The translations under genes were made by a program, and so were the position numbers. From Phoronis australis (taxonomy: Eukaryota > Animalia > Phoronida), in the NCBI GenBank assembly GCA_002633005.1, contig NMRA01000048.1, positions 186,001 through 250,000 of the forward strand: 64,000 nt of DNA, given 5' to 3'. This document shows positions 13,282-25,373 of the stretch, in pieces. How positions within the stretch are numbered: position 1 is the stretch's first letter; each line of letters starts with the position of its first letter. The notes under the pieces are model-generated. The model was not told the origin of the DNA and searched no databases. It worked only from the letters and a program-made list of their open reading frames with translations.

Positions 13282-16200
13282 ATGCGTATGCTCAGGCACA
13301 AGACCGCTGGCCTGTCCTAGCAAAATGGCTGCCACTAAAGTTATTGGTGGGCGAGGTTGGAGTATTGAAATGTGGGGTTGAGCTCAGTGTTTCCGTTCAA
13401 TAAATGAAGCTTTTTCGCGTCGATTGAAAGCTAACGTCTTCAATTGCGGCGTACGGAACTCTGTGAACTGTGACTGTTCTTAGGCGGCAGCGCCTATTTC
13501 TTGAAACAGCGTCAATCCTATACGATAGCTATAATCTTAACGAGTAAACAAAAGTCATCGCACCCGACATTCGCATTTTGTAGGAAATGACAAAAAATCG
13601 AAACTACAGTACATGAAAACAATTACAAACATTACAGTTTGACACAGATAGAGTCAATTAAATGTGCATTGAACAACTCAAGGCTGTATGCACTGGGAAA
13701 CCTTTTATTTACGGAAGAGCCTTTACGTCTAAACAGAGCCGTAAGAATCTTTCGCCGGGAAATGTGGTGGGGTCTTTCTTTTTGCCACTTCATTCAGCCG
13801 TGAGATTTTAGCAGGACATTATTGGTCAAAAAACGTTGTGGTTATTGTTGTATGGGAAAGACTTGACACGTTTCACCAAAAGTGATACACTTTTTGGTTT
13901 CATTTTCGGCAGCTTGGCCGACTACAAGAGAAGTCTTAATTACGACGCTTCTATTAACGAGAGATTAACTTGTAATGTTTTAAGAGTTCCTGTCTTGACG
14001 AAATAGTGGCATTTTGACCACATTTTTCCACAGGCATGTACCAGACATGTAAAATGAACCCGAAAGAGACATTTGCACTCGCGGGGAGATATACTGTCTC
14101 ATCATACCGTGAATGATACGCTTACAAGCCAGTCACGCATTTCTTAAGATATGCGTGACTTTTCACCGCTCGTCCTTCTGAGCGGCTTTTACCAGGATCA
14201 ATGGGAGCGCAACGCCGGAGTCAGGTACAGTTGTGATGACCGCATTGTCCGATGAGAGCAATACCCAATATTAAGTGTAATTTTCCGACCATAAACTGTA
14301 TTAAACATCTCTGACTGTACATACTGGCGAATTTTCAAAATGCATTAATCACTAATTTTCGTTAAAAACACCACGACGGAAGAAAGCAACCAAGTACGGT
14401 TTCCGATTTTTAAAAATCGATGAGCTAATACTCTAAAAACTACAACCATTGGGTACGATTGAAGATAAACTACCGCGCGTATTGATATACTCGGTGGATA
14501 TACAACCGCTGATCAGAGTTAACAATATCACATGGGTTCATTTTTAATATTCTTTCAATCTCGTTTAACCAGATTCTTGACCAGGAAACAGTTGCACTTA
14601 ACTTGTGTCCACTTTTCTTTTTTTTATAACTGACAAACAGCTAAAATAGTTGTATAGTCAGTGCCACCGAAATTGTCCAGAGATTCCAAATCTTCAATTT
14701 GGTTATCACCATATTTGCAAACAAGTGGGCATTAAAAATTAAATGGCGAAAACCAATATGAAACATATCGTTCCTTTGGGAAGTGGCCCTTTGTGAAGAT
14801 AACCACAAGTTAACCTTTTTAGTCATTGTGTAATATTTATAATGTACCAAGTTAAAACTACTCTCCAGAGTTGCAGACTGTAACTCTGCAAAAGTCAGAG
14901 AAAACCGAATTGGGGTAATTACCAGCAACCATTGTTGAGACAGTAATGCTAGCTATTACCTTTCCACTTCATTAGCCCAGGTCTGCATGAATGCAAAGGG
15001 CGCGCTAAATAGGCATCGTAAAAGTTGTCTAGGGCTAACGGAATCTGAGCGGTGACCAGTGTAAGCGAGAAATTCTCCACATGTGGAACGGAAACAGCGG
15101 CCTTACAGCTTGCTCGCTTAATTTAACATACCAGTCTCGCCGACCCGATATATTTCATTAGCGACCGTTTTGTTAGAGTACGCAAGTAGGACAAGAGCTT
15201 AATGACTCTTGAAAGAGTTGACTCGCGTCATGATCTTGTGTGGTCTTGCTTGGTCTCATATTGTTTTCGACAGACCCTCCCCGGAAATCCCCGGTATGTC
15301 TACTTTCCGGAGCGCCTCGTGTATTTTGGAGTAGCGTCAAATTATCCCTCGGCGGTGTTTTATGTCTGCGCATGTGCAAACTTCGATTATTGCTGTCAAG
15401 GGGTTTGTTCAAGGAACGGCTAAAATCTTAGCTGCAAAGTCTTGCAGGTCTCAAAAGTCGTACGCGGCGGTCATCAGTGTCAACCCTTAGTCTGACAACT
15501 CTTGTTTAAGCCTCACTGGGGAATCCCGACGACATATTCTTCTTTTTAGGAGTCACGTGTCTTAGGCATACTGTAATATGATTCAGTTGTAAGGATTGAA
15601 GTACGTTCCTTCCCAGATACGAATCACCCCCGAGGGAACGTTGTAGGCTACGCGAATACCCGAGATGTTCCAGATGGTGTCTACTTCGATGATTAAACTT
15701 ATCCGATAACGTCACTGCTCAAGGAGAATTTTATTTTTTCATAATTCCTTGGAAAAATGCACACGAAGGTGTCAGGTGAAATGCTACACTTTTGCACCAG
15801 TATACAGTATTGATGGTGTTTTCAGCAGTTAGTTTTCGTCAATGAAGGGTTCACTCCGCGGCCTAATGTGAATCAACGAAAGATTTAGTGACCCACATAT
15901 TTTATTGAATAGAAACATAGATTCATATTATTAAAGTAGTTTGAGTCTCTGCTAGACGTCCTTATGCTTGAACTCATGTCTTCCACGTAACCCTGAAATC
16001 CACGATGCTATTCGCACCAACCCTGTGCAATCTGTTTACATGGGTCGGTCACCTCTTCGGCCATCTTTAGATATTACACCGGTCGTGTGCCAAGGGCTGC
16101 TGAGATCATTACTACAATCATTAACACAGCGGGGAGCAAATCCCCAGTTTCTTTAGGGCTATCAGAAAAGACGGCAGCTGTCTGGTTGCCCAGCTCCACA

Positions 16201-17336
16201 CTGTATCGACGTGCCTGTTCAGGTGCTTTATTAATTACTGTGATTTCAGGCTGGCACACTGCGGCAGAATTGCCTAATGTTGTCCGCCTCTCCTTGATGA
16301 AAACAGACCAATAGATTTCATAGGCGCTGTTACTACAGCTTCATATCAGAGAGGTTTTAGGAAGTCAAGTTCTGAAAGCGGAAAAGGTTGTTTTCTTCAT
16401 CTGTAACTGTAATTTTTCCTGTGGGTTCCAAACTGTCAATGATTTAACCAGTGACAAGCTATTAATGTGGCATAATTGGCGAGAATAAAGCATGCATAAA
16501 ATGTTCAAAGTTAAATAGAACTATACTTCAACAGCTGCTACGAGATTTTTCAATCAAAGATTTTCTTGTATTTTTTTTTTGTTTGTTTTGATTAAATTTC
16601 GCGAAATCAGTGACCCTTGGCTTTCTAATTGTTGAGCCATGTGATTTTCAGGCTCCACGTTGTTCGCAAACTAGTCAGTCACTTTGCTCGTCATGTAAGT
16701 TTAATACTCTGGAAATGTTTGTACCTCCTTAAATACAAAGGTTTGTAACTATAGTTATCAGGCCATCGTTTTTTTGGACACTTTATGAAAGCGATTTGGT
16801 TTAGCTTATAATTTCCGGGAGGTCCAATAGCCAAGATCAAGGGAAATTCAAGTTTTTCGAGACTACAAATGTAGGTCAGAAATTGAATCGGTTGATTAAT
16901 CATTTGAAACATGACGCTTCGTATATAATTTAAAGTGCTACAAATCACAATTTATCTTGTTTTGACAAGTAATTACATTGCAAGCATCATTAATTTTTAC
17001 ATAGCACTACGTCATATCACCGTGAATTCAATATCCCAAAAACGACATAATAGAAGAAAACTAAAGTTTTTTATCTCCACGGACATGCGTGTGACGCATG
17101 AATGTACCCAGCGCCACTGTGTCATGCCCAGCATGTACCAACACGCGAGTTTTCTGTACAAACATATGCCATATGCGTGCTCCTCTGATGTGGAAAAGTG
17201 AAAAGAGACAGCGTGCACTAATGCTTGTCACAACCACCACAAACGCAAACCTCGCCATTCTTTGTTATATCATAAAAACACTGGGAAGTGAGCAGCCGTA
17301 TCTGACGACTTTCCGCACCAAATACAATGCAGGATG

Positions 17337-17578
17337 CATGCGCGCACCCAGCCTAAAAAACAAGGGGGGTCGAATTTCTAAGAATGCGGACCTTTTATTG
17401 AAAAAGAAAAAAAGGACGTTCAGAGCTGTAAATTGTGTATTCGCCGAATTCTTGCGTTTTCAGCGGACTTTTGTCTCGTTTTCTACTTTTTCTGACTTTT
17501 TGTTTCTTTGAGGCGGACATTTTTGCCCACTTCTCCAAATTCGAACCCCCCGAGCCTACGCCCCTGGGTGCGCGCATG
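17337..17578 (-). mobile_element. MITE family D, copy 2 (partial third copy from about 32852)
   Basis: Perfect 15-bp TIR CATGCGCGCACCCAG/CTGGGTGCGCGCATG. Confidence 0.85.
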
Positions 17579-18059
17579 AGGGTTACTAATGCTGTTTCTG
17601 GTCGTCCTGATTCTACGTAGTAAGTATCGACCAATAAATGCTTGTAACTCGAGATCAGTCAATTAGTATGTCGTCATGCACAACGTGGCATTTAAGGATA
17701 CGTCGACGCTTCCCGAGTACCAACCAGATTTAACTTGCTGGACTTTTTAAGATTAATTTTTAAAAATCTTCATAGAAGTTCGTACATCATTTGCTAGGAT
17801 GGCGCCAACGGTCACGCAAGACAAGTGAACTGACCTCTGACCTAGACTGTGATTGGCAAACACTCACAGGACAATCGCCACCTTGCGGATGGCCTAGTTC
17901 ACGAATTTCTGATGATAGAATGGGTACTAATTTGGAGTTTACTGTGGGAATGACGTATGTATTAGACGGTGCTTTAGCTAAAGTTGATGGGTGTTCTCAG
18001 GCTCAAAAAAATTTCTTCGACATCGAGTTGTATCATTTAGTTCACACAAAAGCAGAAAT

Positions 18060-18170
18060 TAGTCCGAAATCAAATTTCCTCGGAGGGCAGTAACCCGAAG
18101 TGTCAATAGTACGAAGGGCCTATAGTTCGAAGAGCAGTTAGTCCAAAGGGCCAATACTCCGAAAAGTGGC
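18060..18170. repeat. Degenerate tandem repeat of about 16-17 bp (tagtccgaagggcc-like)
   Basis: agtccgaa, acccgaag, agtacgaagggcc, agttcgaag, agtccaaagggcc, actccgaa recur at regular spacing. Confidence 0.55.
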
Positions 18171-18416
18171 CACTTTTTATCTTACATATTTATTTACCGT
18201 TTTCACACCTTCGTGGGCATCTTGATTGGCAAGGGTTTGAAGCTTGCTGTATCCGACATCAGAGTGCCCGATTACTAATGTGTTGAAAAGACATGTAACT
18301 AGCTTGTCTTGTTGAAAAAAGCGGAAGTACCTGAAATCCCAATATTGTAAGCTGCAAACTTCGGGATGACAGTTTCTGCGAAACAATTTCTTCTTAGATT
18401 TTTGAAATGTCACCAG

Positions 18417-18827
18417 GGCCCAGTCTCGAATGTTGAATGTTTATACTCGAAATGGAACTCGAAATAATGTTTGGCATTTTCTAATCTACTTTTGTGCGAA
18501 CTCAAGATAAGTGCCTATTACTCTATACGTTCGAGTACATAATGACTTACGTGGATGATTGATTAGTCCTAGTTTGCAGTTGACAAATCCAACATTAAAG
18601 CTAAATGTTTGAGTTTAAACTCGCCAATTTCGAGTTTTTACTCGAGTTTGTAGCACGAACATAAGGCCATTTTAAGTGCAAACTTGGACTAGAAACTCAT
18701 ATGCATAAACTATAATTATTCGAGCACAGCCTGATAACCACTTATCTTGAGTTCCCACAAAAAGACCAGAGAAATTGCCAAAAATAATTTCGAGTTCGTT
18801 TCTAGTACAAAGATTAGAGACAGGGCC
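18417..18827. mobile_element. Fold-back MITE, PIF/Harbinger-like (CAG target duplication)
   Basis: cag|ggcccagtctc ... gagacagggcc|cag; long arms (ctcgaaataatgtttggca...actcaagataagtg vs cacttatcttgagtt...tgccaaaaataatttcgag). Confidence 0.8.
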
Positions 18828-21050
18828 CAGTTCTTACGAAGTTCAAAGTTCAAAGTTTTACTTTTACCGTACGTGCGCATATTTAGAGCCGTGGGCTAGC
18901 ATTCGGTTCGAACCTACGTCTATATTCGGAATTAGGCGCACGCGTTTATATGTGAACCAATAGCTGACTTTCGAAGTAGCCGCGCCATACTGAAATTCAC
19001 AAACCCGCCAGACAGCGATTACGTCTTTGGTGGACAGGCGTTCAGCGCCACCTGCAGATCCTGTGCAATGCGGATGGCACTGGCGCACATCATCGTTAAC
19101 AAAAATACGCACTGCTATTGGTTTTCTGAAGATTATTGTCAAAGTCACCTGGTTCTCGGCTCAGCACGCCTAGGCCTACCGTTCGCATTATGTACATCCA
19201 GATTAAGCACTAATGTTTGTTTTTCAGTGGACGTTGTAGGCCTGTGCTAACATCTTTTAAGATTTAAAAATCCCTTAAATAGTGTCTCCGAAAGAGCCCT
19301 TACGTGAATTGGGTTTTAGATAGCTTTTAGTTAGGCCTACTTTTAAGAAAGATCAATTCTGCTCATGAAATCAGAATTTTAACTCAATAGTGCAATTTTA
19401 CCCAATAATCTAAACTTTTAGAATGAATTGTATTTTTTGCCGTTGCGACGATGAAAATGCTAAGTTGGCTAAAAAACATGTATTTTTGTTCATGTCATTT
19501 GCTGTTTTTGTGTGTTGATGGAGTGACACTACATGTTTTCACCGTCAATGGAATGTTTTTCTAATATCTTGCATATGGCGTGCAGTTATTATGCTTAAAA
19601 CATTAAAAAAGTAACTCGTTTCCAAAAGAGCGCCCTTATTTCCATCAGCGTTTTTCATTTTCTTTTCAAAAAAATACACTCGCTTGAGGCGGAGATTTCC
19701 TAAATTAAAGCAGGTGTTGGCTTAAATAGAAAACTAAATAACTTAAAAAATTAAAGACAAGAAAAAACAGCTAACATTGTTTGGAACATAAGTAATCAGA
19801 TAAACTCGGACCATTTTGCCAAAATCGTTTATGCCCCACATTTTAGAAATGACTTTCAGATTGTGGCGTAGTGCGTTATTTTAAAGTTTGCAAATGATAG
19901 TTAAAACCTTTATCCGGATTTGAACACACCTGTCATTTTGTTTGCTCTAATTATCAAACTCACACACAACATCTTACAGCCGTATTTCTGGGGAATCTAC
20001 TTCGAACGCCAAAAACGTTTCACTGGGAGGCTATGGCGTATACTGTCGTTACGTAAGGAATCATAGAAGAGGAATGCATGCGTGCAAATCATAAATGTCA
20101 TGACGATGAATTTGTTTTCAGTTGAATAACACTTTAACTTCCTCTTCCGTTCATTTGCTTGGCAGTGAGAAAGATGCAATAGGCTACCGCTGAGGTCTGA
20201 CATCCTGCACGGAAATAGCCGAGTGTTGAAGAAAGTGATCGTTGTATATTCTTAACATGTCACGATTTCTGTCGCCCACCTAATCTTTTAAATCAGTGAC
20301 TAGAAACCTGACATTAGTTGTGTGACAATAACAATTAACATCAATCAACTCAGCTGGAGGTTTAACACGGTTAGCACGAGTGTAGTCAATTTGGATTGCG
20401 GAAAATGGTCGCCATGACATTCCGTGTGTAACAATAAAATGTCAGCTTGACTGAAACAGATGTCTCAAAGACTGCCTTCGTGGATCAAAACTCAAGAGCC
20501 TCATTTAGTTCATTATAGAGCGACACGGTTGTGTCTTTTTATTAAACTTATCAGACAGCAGGAATACCTTTTAAAAAAATATTGATAATAAGTCGAAAAC
20601 ATAATATATCAATTCAGCCAATGGGGCGACAATGAAACAAAAATCTACTTCTTTAATAGGCTAAAAGAAGCCCATCTTTCAACCAATAGCTGATGTTAAC
20701 AACTCTGAAGTAAGCGTCTGAACTTTTCAACATTATAAAAATTAAAAACTTCAGCCTCTTTTGAACTTGGCGAAACATGGTCTGGAGTTCAGTTTTTGTT
20801 TGTAGATAGGAACTGAGTTTGCCAGGACACAAAACAAAATTTACAGCATAAATAATATTTTTAAAATAAAATTTACGAAGCACTACATGCCGAAATTGCT
20901 AAAATTTCGTGATATATGACACAGTTTTTAATCTTTAGACCAAACAAGGATACAAAATTGCAATTCTAAAGAACATGTGCCAAATCCTTGGATTCTGTTA
21001 AGCAAAAGCTACGCCAATCAGGTGTCAACTTTAAGCTAAGATCTGCCTCC

Positions 21051-21191
21051 CGTTCAGTAACGCTAGGATCTCGCTAAAGAGCAAGACTTCGCGAGATTAC
21101 GTGAGATATTGCCGTGCATTTTAAGTGAGAACACGTGACTTTGACTAGGTTTTAGCTAGGTCCTAACGTAGGTCCTAGCGTCTACTGAACG
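21051..21191 (-). mobile_element. MITE family A, copy 3 (inverted)
   Basis: cgttcagtaacgctaggat ... ggtcctagcgtctactgaacg; reverse complement of copies 1/2. Confidence 0.8.
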
Positions 21192-22550
21192 CACGCCTGG
21201 TTTTCTTAATATTTCATGGAACCATTTGAAGTCAAAAGTAAGATGTGAAATGCACAGACAAGATATTTTTTTTCACCACTCACGAGAAGGAACTGCGTCC
21301 AAACATTTTCCCAACTGTCTTCGTATTTTGATCTTCTCTACATTTTTTACTAAAGGGTGTAAACAAAACTATTGACTTTGTGCGGCCACTTTTATAGTGG
21401 TAATTGGCCTCAACCATCTAATGCTGCTTTAAATATATTATCCCAAAGCTTTATTTGTCAGTTTTTTCTTCCCAAATAGGTTTTTACAAGTGTTAATACA
21501 TTTCCAGAAATGATTTGCTTTTTGAACGCACCTCTCTCTACACAAGGACGACTTTTTCAGAGAAGCTTACTGTGGATCCCTTACAATATAGGACTAACTC
21601 AGAAAAGCTTGGTAGTTTTCTTACTGCAATGACTAAAAGCGTAGATATCCTAATTTCCCTGGTGGTATGCCCTGTCAAAAATAATTCCTCAACAGCCATC
21701 TTTCGTGTACTGAAAAGGCGTGTATCATCATACGGATACCGCATGAGTTTATGAAGTCTCACCAGTACGAGAACGTACTTCGGTAAAAGTTGCTGTGTTT
21801 ACAACAGAACAGGCGCAAACACACGTTTTGGCGTTTGCGGCTAATCATTTCTGACAAGTAATGAAATCCGAGAGAAAGCCTTCAAGTCCTGATCAATCCA
21901 TCATCAATATGTGACTGAGTAATTAACATGCTCGTGTTGTTCAAGTGCATATAACATGATCATATCTATTTGATTTGGGGAAACCTTTGTGTATTATTGA
22001 GACCTGAAGGATATTTTTCTGGCTTGAAGTACTATTTCTTTGAGTTACTAAAAAGGCAAGGCCTACAGTACGTGATAAAGCAGTAATTAAGCGCTCTGCG
22101 ATCGTTTTCGTCACTCATTTTATACATGTACACGTATTTCAAAGCAGTGTGATGCACTCGAGATGGTGTTGTAAATGGTGTTATTTTTCACGTGTAATGA
22201 AAATGTTGTATAATTCTGTTTCCAAAACTCATTGCAAGCGACACTCTACACACATCTACACAGAGTTAACACATGCAGGTTTAGATTAACGTGCTAACGT
22301 GTAAATCCCGTACATTGCTGGAAATCCACATTGAAATCGCGCTGGTGAATGTCGCGCGACATGTTGCAGGTGTCGCTCGAAAAGTTGCGGAGAGGTCGAG
22401 CAAGTTCGACTTTGCGCCCAACATTATAAAAGGGGGGAGTGAGTGTGTTCACAGACCAATCAGATTCACACTTGCTTTGTCAATGTCAATCGTCCCCACA
22501 ATCTTGACCTACACTCTCATTTTATTGATGAGAATTCATAATTATCATAC

Positions 22551-22635
22551 GGTTGATGATAATCATAAGGTTGATGATAATCATAAGGTTGATGATAATC
22601 GTAAGGTTGATGATAAATGGTCATAAGGTTGATGA
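22551..22635. repeat. 18-bp minisatellite (ggttgatgataatcataa) about 4.5 copies
   Basis: Directly visible. Confidence 0.95.
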
Positions 22636-25215
22636 AAGATGAATATGATTCATGACGTCTTTCATGGAAAACCACTCTTGCTCATTTATCATAGCTCAGT
22701 AATAAGAGAGCACCATAATTTGACACGATTGATGATAAGCCTTACATGAAAAGTTGTATCAACCGTCATGGGTTCTGATCAACCATTTCTCTCATATCAT
22801 ACTCATATGAATTCATAGAAATGGTTGATATGAATTGCTATTAAAAATCTGTTTTGGTTAATTATAATCAATCAAAATTGCACGTGTATGTCGTTCGACC
22901 ACTGCAAGTTTGCAGAAATAAAATGTGGGCTAATCTATATGGAACGCAAGGTCGACACACTCTAGTTATGTGGACAATTGGAAATCTCAATTAAAAATAT
23001 GCCTGTTTGGTGTTACTTAGTTTTAGTTGTCACAATTAAGTCAAGGTAAACCAAGAATTGTCTAGTTATCACGACTCAGTTGACTCCACTAATTCCAACG
23101 TGGTCCCTTGCTTTGGGCGTGGGCTTTAATGTTTGTACCCGAACTCATGAGACTGGAAATTATTTTTGACATTTTCCGTTCTGCTTTAATATAAACTCAA
23201 GATATACATGCGCTCTACAGACGCAAAATTACGAAAATTTTGGCTGGTGTTCCGCTGGTAATCTCCTTCAGCACTGGGCCCGTGTTTTGCCTGCAAATCC
23301 ACAAGTTACAGAACCCCAGACCTTTTCCCACTAGATTAAATTACAAGAAAGAAATCGCACCATGACTTACTTCCTCTGAAAATTAACCAAGGTTCCCGAA
23401 ATGCAAAATTGATAATTCTCAGCCCTAAGCGACTAATCATGCCAATGTTCAGCGTAACCTGACGTGAGATGCTAAATTCAATTTCTATCCAGATTCCGAA
23501 AATGTAGCCAACAAGAGTATTAACGATCATTCATAACTTGTTCACAGACACGAGCAAATCAGGCTTGGGTCGAAGAAGCGAGAAACTCGTTAAAACACAA
23601 GAACTCGCTGAGACTTCGCAAAATGCCACTATGAATTACGAGGTTACAAGCGAAGCGTGTACATGTATTCACGCTACCTTCCTTCTCAAAATTCTTGCGT
23701 CTACGAAACTAAACTCTGATTCAAGAGACCTACTTCCACAGCAAACCCCAAACTGACTCCGAATTTGGCACACACCGTCGCCAATTTTTCTTGAGTTGGA
23801 ATTAAGTGTAGCTGTAATCTGTACAATGCCACTTCGGAGCCTTTCTCGACCAAACTGAGATTTGTGACTAGACAAATTACGGAATGTTTTTTCATTTGTC
23901 TCTATAGTTCATAAGAATAATTAGGAGAGAGAAAATGTTATACTCCTAATGAATGTCCCCTTGCTTTGTTCATTTCCTCTCGCGAGCTTTAAGGTTCCAA
24001 ATAATTAAGACTTTCATTCACGAAGATCTCTAGACTCGCGGCCATTTTTGTTTTCGCCTCAGAAGTTCTCATCGATTCTGCTGTAGAGAACTGTGAGTTA
24101 TATTACTTCTACAGCCCTTTCATTCGATGATCGGCTGTTCGGTACCATATGCATCGGACTTGAAAAACCTGGTGTAGTAGCAATTTCTCATGAAAGCTGC
24201 TTTTATGAATATTTGGAATAGCTATTAGTTTCGAGGTATGGCAAGAACGAGTTTAAGTGCATTCCAATTATTCGAATTTCAAAGCTACATCTTCCCCTGG
24301 TTAGCCGACTAAAATGGTTTTCATAATATATATTTCTTACTGTGAATGGACTTTTGAATTAAAGTTTCCGTTTACCATCAAGAACATCGAAACCATCAGC
24401 GATTCAAGAAAATGTTTTACAGTTTATTGGTTTGGCCAGCCTTAAAATTGTGAATTAGATATTGTTGCATGTGTGCACTGTCGGTAACTTGAGCTGGTAG
24501 CGGAAATATAATGTTATCACAATCACGTTATGGAATGTTACGGCTTAACTCGACTTCCGTTTTCAGCCATCGGCGAAGCTAAACGAATTTCGACGGAAGT
24601 AAGCAACTTTTTAAAACTCTTTTAGGTCAGTTATTAAAACTTTGTTTTTTCTCGAAAACGTCCATTTTGATTATGCAGAGATTCTAGTGTGATAGAGTTA
24701 TAGTTGTAGCGAATCCAAAGGCTTTAGGAGACCCGAATGCGGAGTCGTGCCAATACACTATCTCAAGAGGTTTGCATAAATTTTAAATTAAATAACCAAA
24801 AATATCAAAGACAATCTCTTTTTACCTACACAGAACACATGATGGGTTTTATCAGTTGAAAAATGTTATTTCGAAGATTAATTACAACCCTCCACGAATA
24901 TCAATTGAGCCAAGATTTATCCTCTGACGATGCTCTTTCAATATATTGACATGAAAAGTTTTTCAAATTAAATAAAAATTTAACATTGAGTGCTTAAGGT
25001 TAGTTTTTGAAGTTATGGTATATTGCGACCGAAGTGAATGACCTTGAACTTGACTTGTATAAAGGGGTCACACAAGCATGTAGTCTAGAACGTACTCCTG
25101 TTGGAGACATCTGTGTTGTTAAGAGATGAAAACAGAGGAAATGTTGTTTTTAATCAAAATATTTCACAATAGATCTTCACATATCGCTCTAATAGAAATA
25201 TTTATTTGTTTGCAG

Positions 25216-25373
25216 CTGATTAAAAACTGGGTTTCTGGTAAAACGACAAATGGCGAATCCACCTCGCGGCCGGACTCGTTTCTGGACAAGTTTGCCATGG
25301 GAGGTAAAGACGTTGACGAAGAAGGGAGAGCTGTTGTACATATCACTCATTCAAGGAAGTTCTCCAGCCTCAG
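25216..25373 (+). CDS. CNGA: CNGA exon (cytoplasmic N-terminus, LIKNW...RPDSFLDKF)
   Basis: Acceptor ttgtttgcag, donor cag|gtacag; phase 2 end matches the next exon; RPDSFL motif typical of CNGA N-termini. Confidence 0.8.

Noticed and set aside
22551-22635. CRISPR-like array
   Set aside because: Head-to-tail 18-bp minisatellite with no unique spacers and no cas genes; eukaryotic context.
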